DNA of 55,345 nucleotides from a virus (Duplodnaviria; Caudoviricetes): IMG/VR virus record IMGVR_UViG_3300012952_000027, positions 1 to 55,345 of that record; one strand, 5' to 3'. Shown piece by piece: positions 45,680 to 54,706 of this stretch (position 1 is its first letter; each line of letters starts with the position of its first letter). The notes under the pieces were generated by a model. It saw only the letters and a program-made list of their open reading frames with translations, ran no database searches and was not told where the DNA came from. The position numbers and the translations under genes were made by a program.

Positions 45680-46876
45680 CTATTTTCCCTCAACCATTTT
45701 CATTGACTTTAACCAGTTATAGATCTGATCCTCTACCGGAGGGTCATACTCACCCTCTGGCCAGCCGCCGTGTGATGTAGGCTTATCGAGATGTAAATTT
45801 TTTCTATTTCCTTTTTTATAAGATTCATCAGGATGGGATCCTCGGCTACCCTCATAAATACCTCTGTCGGTAAGAGAAATTATGTGATCATACATTTTCT
45901 TCTTAAGCTTAAACAAAGCTCTAGTTCCCGATAGATCGTCTAGATATTCTTGAAATTGATCAGAAAGCTCGACATCACTATCTGGAAGAGATCCTCTCAA
46001 AATCTGAAGTGACTTTTTCTTTCCATATTTTTGAAGGAGGTCTTCGGCAAATTCGTGTGCGTACGCGTCGATCTCAATGTTTGACTGAAGATATTGAGAT
46101 CTATTTTCTGAATCTGGTATCTCACCTTCACCCTCGTATCGATCCTTTGCACTTACTCTAGTTATCCTCTGATTTTTTCTTCTTTTCTCTATTTGTCTTG
46201 CATGAATATACTCATGCCTAACTATGTTTGCAACAATTCTAGAGACCATTTTAGGACTTACATCTTCTGAGTTAAAATCATCAGAAACTGGGACCATGTT
46301 AAGGTACATGATAAACCTGCCCTTGGGGGTTACACCTTGTGATCCGCCCACAACAAGCCTATTAGGATAAAGCTTGTGACCAGAAGAAATAGGTATTTTA
46401 AGATTGGGATTTGTATCTGGGTCTGCAACCCTTACAGCAACACTAAGAGAAACCCCTTGACTAGCTAAAAAGCTCTCTATTGCTTTGCCTAGAACTTCTG
46501 CTGAGGGTGTCTGATCATGCCACTCCCCGGCGATACTGTTCATGTCCATGTCTTCAGGTGTATTTTCATACGTCCAGAACTCTGACTCTATAAGTGCTTT
46601 CTCAAGTGGGCTGTAGAAAAAATCCGGAAGATGTGAGGTTCTTTTCTCTCTCTGGCTTTCTAGGATTACACTTCTCACGAAAGACCTGATTAGATTAGCT
46701 GCTTCGTTTTTTCCTTTTTCAGATGCGTACCTAGCCCTTGTTGCACTCTTCGCTTTTTGCTTGCTAGTGTGACAAGAAGATTTTTTCCACTTTCCTGACT
46801 TTTTCTTCTGGACAACATAACTTCCGGTGTCACCGTCAGATTGTTTGCAACGCTGCTTTTTTATTTTGTAGGGCAT
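45680..46876 (-). CDS. modular protein with HExxH zincin-like domain
   Basis: RHEYIHARQ...Y....EIDAYA; basic N-terminal module; internal NEAANLIRSFVRSVILE linker. Confidence 0.65.
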   Translation of the reverse strand: MPYKIKKQRCKQSDGDTGSYVVQKKKSGKWKKSSCHTSKQKAKSATRARYASEKGKNEAANLIRSFVRSVILESQREKRTSHLPDFFYSPLEKALIESEFWTYENTPEDMDMNSIAGEWHDQTPSAEVLGKAIESFLASQGVSLSVAVRVADPDTNPNLKIPISSGHKLYPNRLVVGGSQGVTPKGRFIMYLNMVPVSDDFNSEDVSPKMVSRIVANIVRHEYIHARQIEKRRKNQRITRVSAKDRYEGEGEIPDSENRSQYLQSNIEIDAYAHEFAEDLLQKYGKKKSLQILRGSLPDSDVELSDQFQEYLDDLSGTRALFKLKKKMYDHIISLTDRGIYEGSRGSHPDESYKKGNRKNLHLDKPTSHGGWPEGEYDPPVEDQIYNWLKSMKMVEGK

Positions 46877-46889
46877 GATATTAAATATT

Positions 46890-47492
46890 TCATTCTAATT
46901 CAATATCAACGCTTATATCAACATGAATCTTAGGAACCCTGAGCTGATTAGCTAGGCTGTGCTTTTTTGCCTCGTCAGCATCTAAAAACCAGTCAGCGTG
47001 CTTCTTCTTGTCAACAATCTTCATGAAGTAATCATCTTTCTTTCCACAGTTTCTAGCCATCATGGTGTATATTATTGTATTCAGCCTGTCTGCTTCTGCA
47101 GCACCTGCCTTTAATTCTTCAACTTTTCCCATATCCATTGAGCTAACATCATGTATCATAACTGTTGCGTTAGGGTCCATAAACCTTAGACCCTCCTCTC
47201 CAAAAGAAAACAGTACGGCTCCGCAGCTCATTGCTTTGCCCTCAACTATAGTTGCAATTGGAATCTCAGAATGCTTAATAGCACTTATCATAGACATCAA
47301 ACTATACACCTGGCCCCCGTAAGAATCAATAACTATAGGAATAATTTTTTGTCCGGTATTGTGCGCTTGGGCAACTTCTAGGGCAAACTTTTTTGCTGAC
47401 TCTTCGTCAAACTTATTAACTCTTATAATAACAGGGCTCTTTCTTAACTCATACTCTTTTATCAGAGGTGAGATTTTAACTTTCCAAATCAT
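46890..47492 (-). CDS. clpP: ClpP-like (S14) protease
   Basis: IDSYGG, GKAMSCG (Ser), VMIH (His), DWFL.A.EA (Asp). Confidence 0.88.
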   Translation of the reverse strand: MIWKVKISPLIKEYELRKSPVIIRVNKFDEESAKKFALEVAQAHNTGQKIIPIVIDSYGGQVYSLMSMISAIKHSEIPIATIVEGKAMSCGAVLFSFGEEGLRFMDPNATVMIHDVSSMDMGKVEELKAGAAEADRLNTIIYTMMARNCGKKDDYFMKIVDKKKHADWFLDADEAKKHSLANQLRVPKIHVDISVDIELE

Positions 47493-47502
47493 TTTTTATA
47501 AC

Positions 47503-49995
47503 CTATCCACATTTTCCATGACCGCACGCTGTGCATGTCACACATCCTTCTTGATAAACCAAAGTACCCTCTGCTCCACAGTTTTCGCAAACGGTCTTGC
47601 CAGGGACAGTACCATCTTTAATGTAAGTCTTGAGAACTCTAGCAATTACTTTCGAAAAAGAGAACATATCCATTTCAACGTCTTTTTGAAGCTGCTCGAC
47701 GACATAGTTTATTGGTGCTCCGTGACGAAGAGCAAGAGAGATTGTTCTAGTATAGCCTGCATGGTTAGGGTTATCAAATACAGACTGAATATCTTTTATT
47801 GTAAAAGTATCTCCATTCTTCCCTATAACAAGGTCATACCTGGAATTCCTTGTCTTGTATGGGTGCTTAATAATTGTTCCCTTCTTATACTTCTTGGGAA
47901 TCTCTATGTATTTCTGTAAACCTCCCATTACTTCATAAGGTCTTCCATCCAACAAGCCAATGAGAATCGTCCAGGCCTCGCCTTTAATGGTAGCGTGATG
48001 AATTGAACATTTAAGCTCATCTGGACGAGAAGGAGCTGAGTGGGTTTTGAAACTAGTAGCCCTTTCTTCAGAGACTAGGACCCCAGCTCGGCTTCCATCC
48101 CTGTAGACTGTGACACCTTTACAACCTAGCTCCCAGCCAGTCATATAGACGTCCTTAACAGTTTCCATATCGATGTCAGATGGAAGGTTTGTTGTATTTG
48201 ATATTGCATGGCAAACCCATTTTTGAGCAGCTGCTTGCATCTTAACTTTTGCAACCCAGTTAATTTCATTCGCTGTTGAACCAGCATAGGGGCTCATAGC
48301 AGCAAGCTCCTCATTGCCAAGGCCCGCGATTGAATCGGGATCTAGTTCATCTGCATGCTGCAGCCATCGATTAAACCCGTGGTGGTAGACAGTATACTCT
48401 TGCCATTTATCACCTGAGTCATCAATGAAATCAACCCGGCCATCGGCATCTTGACCAGTTAGCTTTTTTCTTCGGGTATAATGAAGCATAAAAGCGGGCT
48501 CAATGCCTGAGGTGGTTTGTGTTAGAACAGACACAGATCCAGCAGGTGCTGTTGTAGTTAATGCAATATTTCTCCTTCCATGCTTCTGGCTCATCTCGTA
48601 AACATCAGGTGCCTCTTCCCAGATTCTCTTGAGAAAAGGATGTCCAACTTCTTTGTCATGATTGTGAACTTGAAACGAACCTCTTTCTCTTGCAAGATTA
48701 CAGGAAGATCTATAGGCATTTATTGCAAGGTTTTTATAAAAAGATTCGACTGTGTTAATGGATTCTTCTGACCCATACTGAAGACCTAGTGCAGCGAGAG
48801 TGTCTCCGACAGCTGTAACTCCGAGACCTGTTCTTCTGCCTAGCAGTGCCTGAGACTTTATTTTCTCCCAGAGGTCTAACTCTATCTGCTTTACTGCTTG
48901 CGGTTCTGGATCTCTTTTGATTTTAGCAATAATCTTATCTATCTGCTCTATCTCTAAGTCAATCATGTCATCCATAAGCCTCTGGGCTTTTTGTGTGATA
49001 TCTGACATCTTTTCATAATCAAAGCTAGCGCTTGGCATAAATGGGTCTTCGACAAAAGAGAGAAGATTGACTACCATTAACCTGCAGCTATCATATGGGC
49101 TCAGAATAATTTCTCCACATGGGTTTGTTGAAGTCGAGCCAAAGCCCTCATCTGTGTAGATATCTGAGGGTGTGTATTTTTTAGCTACATCCCAGAAAAG
49201 AAGTCCCGGCTCAGCCGAAGCGTGAGCTGACTCTATAATTTCATTCCAGACAGCTCTTGCGTCAACATAGGATTCTATAGCCGGGTTTTCGACTTCTTCC
49301 ACAGGAAATCTAAGATGAAAATTACTTTCGTTTTTAACTGCGTCTAAAAATTCATCAGTGAGCCTAATTGAAATATTTGCTCCTGTTACCTTTGTTAAAT
49401 CGCGCTTAATCTTTATGAAAGTTCTAATATCTGGGTGATGAACAGATATAGTTAACATCAAAGCACCTCTTCGGCCGCCCTGTGCTACTTCTCTACAAGA
49501 ATTAGAGAATCTCTCCATGAATACGCTTATGCCATCAGTTGTCTTAGCAGCGTTTGAAGTAGTTAATCCCCTTGGTCGAATTGTAGAAATATCAAAACCG
49601 ACGCCGCCTCTTCTCTTGGCTATCTGAACAAGCTCTTGATCGGTTCTTAGTATTCCTCCGTATGAGTCACAAGGTGAATCTATGACAAAGCAGTTTGATA
49701 TTGATTGAACCTGATTGTCGTTTCCTATGCCTGACATAGGCGATCCTTGTGGGACGACATATTTAAAATCCTTGAAAAGGCCATAGATCTCATCCTCAGA
49801 CATGGCATTAGGATATTTTTCTTCTATTCTGGAAAACTCTCTTGCAAGACGCCTGTGCATGTCGTCTGGGTTTAGTTCCTGGTATTTTCCGGATGAATTA
49901 ACCAATGCATACTTAGTAGTAAAAACATTTGCTGCTAGCTCATCTCCCTTAAAATACTCGGTAGATTTTTCTATTACCTTTTCATATTCTTCCAA
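47503..49995 (-). CDS. nrdJ: class II (adenosylcobalamin-dependent) ribonucleotide reductase
   Basis: SNCFV, GGVG, RRGA, TNPCGE, APAG, SGIEP, KGVTVYRDG; C-terminal Cys ribbon C..CG...EGC..C..CG..KC; no nrdB in the window. Confidence 0.92.
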   Translation of the reverse strand: MEEYEKVIEKSTEYFKGDELAANVFTTKYALVNSSGKYQELNPDDMHRRLAREFSRIEEKYPNAMSEDEIYGLFKDFKYVVPQGSPMSGIGNDNQVQSISNCFVIDSPCDSYGGILRTDQELVQIAKRRGGVGFDISTIRPRGLTTSNAAKTTDGISVFMERFSNSCREVAQGGRRGALMLTISVHHPDIRTFIKIKRDLTKVTGANISIRLTDEFLDAVKNESNFHLRFPVEEVENPAIESYVDARAVWNEIIESAHASAEPGLLFWDVAKKYTPSDIYTDEGFGSTSTNPCGEIILSPYDSCRLMVVNLLSFVEDPFMPSASFDYEKMSDITQKAQRLMDDMIDLEIEQIDKIIAKIKRDPEPQAVKQIELDLWEKIKSQALLGRRTGLGVTAVGDTLAALGLQYGSEESINTVESFYKNLAINAYRSSCNLARERGSFQVHNHDKEVGHPFLKRIWEEAPDVYEMSQKHGRRNIALTTTAPAGSVSVLTQTTSGIEPAFMLHYTRRKKLTGQDADGRVDFIDDSGDKWQEYTVYHHGFNRWLQHADELDPDSIAGLGNEELAAMSPYAGSTANEINWVAKVKMQAAAQKWVCHAISNTTNLPSDIDMETVKDVYMTGWELGCKGVTVYRDGSRAGVLVSEERATSFKTHSAPSRPDELKCSIHHATIKGEAWTILIGLLDGRPYEVMGGLQKYIEIPKKYKKGTIIKHPYKTRNSRYDLVIGKNGDTFTIKDIQSVFDNPNHAGYTRTISLALRHGAPINYVVEQLQKDVEMDMFSFSKVIARVLKTYIKDGTVPGKTVCENCGAEGTLVYQEGCVTCTACGHGKCG

Positions 49996-50008
49996 TTTTC
50001 TCCCCCAA

Positions 50009-51394
50009 TCAAGAATTGTTAATTTCTTTCCATTTTTCCTTTAGCAGGCTTTTCATAGAATTATTAGACGACTGAATCGCTTCGTTAACTGTCATGTGCT
50101 CATCATCGAGAATTTTTATTCTAGACATAGAAGTATCTATCTTTATAGGAAAGAGAATGCCGTCTTTTCCTGCCCTATTTTTTGCAATAAAAAGTCTACC
50201 ATCACCAGTGGCTTTTTCAGCTGCCTTTCTTGAGACAGAGAGCACTACGTCAGCAACCATAGCCTTTCCGTATGCTTCGGACATGTTTTCAAGGCCGACA
50301 ACGTTGGCATTAGCAGAATCTCTATTAGCCTGCGAAGCTGTCCATACAGGAATATTCATCTCCATGGCAAGATTTCTAATCTCCTCATAGATTAATTTTA
50401 GCTCATGCCTCATAGAGTCATACTTTCTAGTAGATCTCATAATGTCTGCGTAATCGATGATAATCATGTGAGGAACAAAAGCTTTTAAAAGAAGTTTTTC
50501 GATGTGGCTTCGCAGGGTGGTAATTGAAGCCGACCCTGTCGGATATGATTTAATTATTAACCTTCCGAACTCTCCGTTCTCATATTTTTCAATTACTTCC
50601 TCTTTTCTCTCTACAACTTCGTTACTCGGAATCTGACATAAGTTAGAATCATATCTTAATCCCACAGCATTTTCAGAGAGCTCGAATGTATAGTGAACGA
50701 CGTTTTTCCCTCTCTTTAGAGCCTCTGACCCGAGAGAAACTAGGAAGTGACTTTTTCCCACACCCGTGTTAGCTGTAATTACTCCAATCTCTCCCTTTCC
50801 GAGGCCTCCGTTGAGTATATCTTTCTTGTCAATCTCTGGCAAACCAGTAGGGCAAGCTGATCTATTTACTTTTGTAAATCTCGACTCAATATCTTCAAAA
50901 AAATCATGACCTGCAGTGTTAGGCATCCCCAGTGCACATGCATTTTTCATTCTATCAACTACTACATCAAACTTGCCTTCATCGATATCTTGAACTGCTT
51001 TTTCGAGGGCTTCCTTAAAAGCCTGTCTCTTGCAAAAGTCGAGAGTCTGATCTTTAACATATGCAAGATCTCCGACATCTGGGTTAGATCTAACTCTGTG
51101 AAGAAAGTCTATTATCTGGTCTTTAAGAACAGCGTCCCTATTTTCTCGAAGAGACTCTTTGATAATATTGATTAAGACTGGTAGAGTAGGAAAAGTTTTG
51201 TACTTATCTTGATAAGAGAAGTATTTCTCTGTTAAGAATTTTAAATATCCTATCTCAAAAAATCCGGGCTCCATGATTTCAACCATCTGGAGGGTCCAGG
51301 TGTTGTCAGTCAAAAAAGACTGAAATATCTTTTCCTGAAATGACTTTCCGTATCTTTTAAAATGCTCAGGGTCGTGGCTGAAGGCTTGCTTCAT
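50009..51394 (-). CDS. replicative DNA helicase (DnaB/gp41-like, SF4)
   Basis: ANTGVGKS, TFELSE, IDYAD, TASQANR, KNR.G. Confidence 0.92.
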   Translation of the reverse strand: MKQAFSHDPEHFKRYGKSFQEKIFQSFLTDNTWTLQMVEIMEPGFFEIGYLKFLTEKYFSYQDKYKTFPTLPVLINIIKESLRENRDAVLKDQIIDFLHRVRSNPDVGDLAYVKDQTLDFCKRQAFKEALEKAVQDIDEGKFDVVVDRMKNACALGMPNTAGHDFFEDIESRFTKVNRSACPTGLPEIDKKDILNGGLGKGEIGVITANTGVGKSHFLVSLGSEALKRGKNVVHYTFELSENAVGLRYDSNLCQIPSNEVVERKEEVIEKYENGEFGRLIIKSYPTGSASITTLRSHIEKLLLKAFVPHMIIIDYADIMRSTRKYDSMRHELKLIYEEIRNLAMEMNIPVWTASQANRDSANANVVGLENMSEAYGKAMVADVVLSVSRKAAEKATGDGRLFIAKNRAGKDGILFPIKIDTSMSRIKILDDEHMTVNEAIQSSNNSMKSLLKEKWKEINNS

Positions 51395-52344
51395 TTTTTA
51401 TCTCTTATTGAATTAAATGACAGGAAAAATCTATCTACATCGAAAGTCTTTATGCCTTCTCGTATTAGCGTTCTCATTGTAGAGATTTTATCTCTACGAG
51501 AGTCAAAAGTATCAAGAGTATCTGATATTCTTTTTACTTGGGTATAAGAAAGGTTTTTAACGTCAAGATAAATAAGATCCCAGTTTCTTCTTATTGTATC
51601 TTTTTCTTTTATAATTTCGCTGTAAACCTTAGGACTTCTTTTTTCTGATGAAAACTTCTTAGAAATATCTATAATTTCATCAATTGTTACTGTGTCATCA
51701 CATATCATTTTAGGAAATCTCTTAGCGATAGTCTTAAAGCCGGCTCCTTTTACACCAGGTATGTTGTCTGCAGAATCACCGCACATAGACTTTGCTAAAC
51801 AAAAATTTTCTGCAGATATCTTGTACTCTTTAATTAAATCTAAGTGTGTCACAACTTTCTTCTTAGTTGGAGAATAGATTACAACATCTTCAGAAAGCAA
51901 CTGATAAAAATCTTTATCCGACGAAAGTATAATTTTTTTATCTTCAGAGAAACAATATCTCGACATATATCCTATGACATCATCTGCTTCGCATTCTGGG
52001 ACGTACATTTGACATATAGGAGTATTTTTTAATATTTCAACTATAACAGATATCTGATTATCTCTACCTTGAACGGTATCAGGTATCTCGTCGTCATAGT
52101 ATCGATTCAGGCGCTGAGGTCTTCTTTTTGACTTGTAGTCAGGTAGCAAAGCTCTTCTTCTTGGCGAGCCTCCGCTTTCCCATATTACAAAGATCTTGCT
52201 TGGTGAAAACCTTTCATTTATTAGTCGGATTCCATTTAAAAATCCTACAATACCTCCGACGTGATAACCGTGTTCGCTCATTGCCGGATTTGCAACGAAG
52301 TGACGGGTGAAAAGATTTAAAGCATCAACAAGAAGGACACTCAC
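51391..52344 (-). CDS. 5'-3' exonuclease / flap endonuclease (PolA N-terminal, T4 RNase H-like)
   Basis: LLVD..N, YK..R, EADD, SSDKD, GD..DNIPGV.G.G.KT. Confidence 0.92.
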   Translation of the reverse strand: MSVLLVDALNLFTRHFVANPAMSEHGYHVGGIVGFLNGIRLINERFSPSKIFVIWESGGSPRRRALLPDYKSKRRPQRLNRYYDDEIPDTVQGRDNQISVIVEILKNTPICQMYVPECEADDVIGYMSRYCFSEDKKIILSSDKDFYQLLSEDVVIYSPTKKKVVTHLDLIKEYKISAENFCLAKSMCGDSADNIPGVKGAGFKTIAKRFPKMICDDTVTIDEIIDISKKFSSEKRSPKVYSEIIKEKDTIRRNWDLIYLDVKNLSYTQVKRISDTLDTFDSRRDKISTMRTLIREGIKTFDVDRFFLSFNSIRDKK

Positions 52345-52352
52345 CCTGTCTC

Positions 52353-53516
52353 CTATGAATTAATCTGAATATCTAGTGATCGTATTTCTTCAAAAGATTC
52401 TGGGTCAATGTCTGGATCTTCGTTGAAAACTTTGACCATTGTTGCTTCAAGAAGATCATGAATGTATTCTCTATATTCAGGGTGATACATTATCTGATCA
52501 AACTTTGGTTTGTGAAACTTCTTTTCAATTAGAACCTCACCTGTTTTAATATCAACTACAGAAAACTTTTTCCAAGACCCTGTGCCTTCAACAGAAACCT
52601 CTTTCCCTTTTATTGTAGCAGGACCGTTTTTTCTTAAAATATCAAACACCTGCTCGTGCTCCTTGATACCAACCCCAAAGTGGATCTCAAAGTCTATCTT
52701 TCTAAATGGAGGGGCAACTTTATTCTTTACAGTCTTGGCAGACACGTGAATTCCAATTACATCATCTCCATCTTTGATTTGTTGACCTGCTCCAAGCTTA
52801 ATTCTAGTAGAAGCATGAAACGGGATTGCCTTTCCGCCAGGTGTCGTATCAGGATCACCATACATGACACCAATCTTTGTTCTAATCTGGTTCAAGATAA
52901 CAAACAAAACATTCTCGTTTGCTATAACACCCGTAATCTTTCGCATACCCTTGGAGATTGCACGCGCCTGCAATCCGATAGATTCTTTATCATAGTCTCC
53001 GAGAAGCTCAGCCTTTGGAGAAGAAGCAGCAACAGAATCCCAGACAATTGTTACAGGAATATCTTTATCCATTGCCTTTGCTTTCATTATGGTAGCTTCT
53101 GCAATAGACAAGACTTCTTCTGTACAATGAGTATCAACATAAACAAATCTCTTTGATACATCGACACCTAACATTCCAAGGTTTTCAACTGAAGTTGCGT
53201 TTTCGGTATCTATATAGACAACAATCCCACCTTTGTGCTGGGTTGTTCTTGCAATCTGTGTTGCAATGTGTGACTTTCCAATAGAAGGTGGGCCAAAAAT
53301 CTCTACAATTCGACCTTCTGGTAATCCTCCATTTCGTCTATTGGAGCAGATATAGTCAAGCAACATTGATCCTGTACTAATCCAGCGCTTAACGTGGGTT
53401 GGTGAATCATCTACGCTTAGGTTATAAGCAACTCTTGAGCCATTTTCTTTGTTTAAAGACTTGATTAAATCTCTAGTAAAATCATCGGAAGTATTTTCTT
53501 CTTTCTTTTTCTTCAA
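52353..53516 (-). CDS. recA: RecA/UvsX recombinase
   Basis: ISTGS, GGLPEGRI.EIFGP..GKS, DSVAA, NQIR.KIG..YG.P.TTPGG, KNKVAPPF. Confidence 0.95.
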   Translation of the reverse strand: MKKKKEENTSDDFTRDLIKSLNKENGSRVAYNLSVDDSPTHVKRWISTGSMLLDYICSNRRNGGLPEGRIVEIFGPPSIGKSHIATQIARTTQHKGGIVVYIDTENATSVENLGMLGVDVSKRFVYVDTHCTEEVLSIAEATIMKAKAMDKDIPVTIVWDSVAASSPKAELLGDYDKESIGLQARAISKGMRKITGVIANENVLFVILNQIRTKIGVMYGDPDTTPGGKAIPFHASTRIKLGAGQQIKDGDDVIGIHVSAKTVKNKVAPPFRKIDFEIHFGVGIKEHEQVFDILRKNGPATIKGKEVSVEGTGSWKKFSVVDIKTGEVLIEKKFHKPKFDQIMYHPEYREYIHDLLEATMVKVFNEDPDIDPESFEEIRSLDIQINS

Positions 53517-53566
53517 TTTTTAACTTCTCCGTAGATTTAAAATACATCAATCTTATCATTTGTTCA

Positions 53567-53612
53567 ACAAAAGAAGCACGGGAGACAAAGATAGCCTGAG
53601 CCTCCCGTGCTT
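53567..53612 (-). terminator. intrinsic terminator after the SSB gene
   Basis: 11-bp stem AAGCACGGGAG/CTCCCGTGCTT followed by CTTTT on the minus strand. Confidence 0.75.
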
Positions 53613-53622
53613 TAAGGTAAAA

Positions 53623-54402
53623 TTAATCGTCAATCAAGTCAGCGAAAGCGTCGTCAAGAGATTTGTATCTTTGACTATCTGCACTAGAAGAAGCCTTTTC
53701 TAAATTACTACTAGTGCTGCTACCTCCCCTAGAGGAATCTTGATCAAAGGATCCGTTTATCCAGTCATTTACGATTTTAGAGAGCTCATCATAAGTCTTA
53801 CACTCATACATCTGGGATACATCTGGGATGTTTTCAAGCCACTGTGACATTTGATCTGAAGAAGTGGAGAGGGGCGTGGTCTTTCCCCTAGGGAGAACTT
53901 CAGTCGTAGTCCACTTCTTTCCAGGCTGCTTTGAGCAGCTCACCTTAATATCGCGACCAGTATTCGGGTCAGTGATGTCGCCGTAGTCTTCATCAAGCAT
54001 AATGTTAAGAAGAGACTGATATACCATCTTCCCAAATCCCCAGATTTGAACACCCCTATCCTCTTCTCCTCGAACAATAACAGGCGCGTAAGTTCTCATT
54101 TTAGGGTAGAGCTTCTTAGCAAGCTCATAAGACTCCTTGGTCCCTTCGTCCCTAAGGGTGTTAATAAGCTCCTGAATTGGATCAGGCTCACCAAACTGCT
54201 TTGGTGAAAGAAGTCCGGGATTATTTCCAATATTATAATAAAACCAGAGCTCCTTAAAAGGTTGCCCATCGTTATCTGGAAAGGAAAGAAGGCGAACAGA
54301 ATAATCTTCACCCTCCTTAGGTCTCCAGTTTTTTGTTTGTCTGCGGTTATTTCCGCTTAGTTGGTTTAGCTTGCGACGAATCGCTTCAAAGTCAACTGCC
54401 AT
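53623..54402 (-). CDS. single-stranded DNA-binding protein, T4 gp32-like
   Basis: VRLL.F, FG..DPI, W.FGK..Y..L, DITD...GRD; acidic C-terminus DDAFADLIDD; AAGGAG RBS. Confidence 0.85.
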   Translation of the reverse strand: MAVDFEAIRRKLNQLSGNNRRQTKNWRPKEGEDYSVRLLSFPDNDGQPFKELWFYYNIGNNPGLLSPKQFGEPDPIQELINTLRDEGTKESYELAKKLYPKMRTYAPVIVRGEEDRGVQIWGFGKMVYQSLLNIMLDEDYGDITDPNTGRDIKVSCSKQPGKKWTTTEVLPRGKTTPLSTSSDQMSQWLENIPDVSQMYECKTYDELSKIVNDWINGSFDQDSSRGGSSTSSNLEKASSSADSQRYKSLDDAFADLIDD

Positions 54403-54484
54403 TTTTAACTCCTTAATGTTTAATGGTTAATGGTTATTGATTAAATTTTAAGTTAACATCGAAAAATATCGGTGTCAACATGTA

Positions 54485-54513
54485 ATAGTAACTTTTAAAT
54501 TTTAAATGTTCAA
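54485..54513 (-). promoter_or_regulatory. sigma70-like promoter of the SSB gene
   Basis: TTGAAC-17 nt-TACTAT. Confidence 0.6.
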
Positions 54514-54514
54514 T

Positions 54515-54706
54515 TTATTTTTTAGAAAATGATTTTGCTCTTTTAACAATATCTCTTGCAGAGTTTGGATCTACCAGGGTTGCACCCCCAAAGAATTTTG
54601 AATTAGACCTAGCTAGATCCTCAAAGTTTCGTCCGGAGCCGAGAGGTCCGACCCATCCAAAACTTCCGGCAGTAGAAGTTGTTGAGGCTTCATTTTTTCT
54701 CTTTAT
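54515..54706 (-). CDS. candidate -1 frame extension of the upstream gene (63 aa, no start codon near its 5' end)
   Basis: IKRKNEASTTSTAGSFGWVGPLGSG...FFGG...SKK* is open in the -1 frame right after A11 and fills the gap to the SSB promoter. Confidence 0.55.
   Translation of the reverse strand: MKRKNEASTTSTAGSFGWVGPLGSGRNFEDLARSNSKFFGGATLVDPNSARDIVKRAKSFSKK

Noticed and set aside
25-53156. Numerous short plus-strand ORFs in the track (e.g. 25..294, 1084..1491, 19143..19637, 34260..34691, 37866..38345, 47359..47919, 52656..53156)
   Set aside because: They lie antisense to well-supported minus-strand genes, show no recognisable motifs, and have the S/L/F/I-rich composition of shadow frames. 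Only 30593..31258 is credible.
54613-54693. 26-codon ORF MKPQQLLL... in frame 0 after the A11-TAA stop
   Set aside because: It is very short with no convincing RBS; the overlapping -1 frame fills the whole gap and looks more protein-like.
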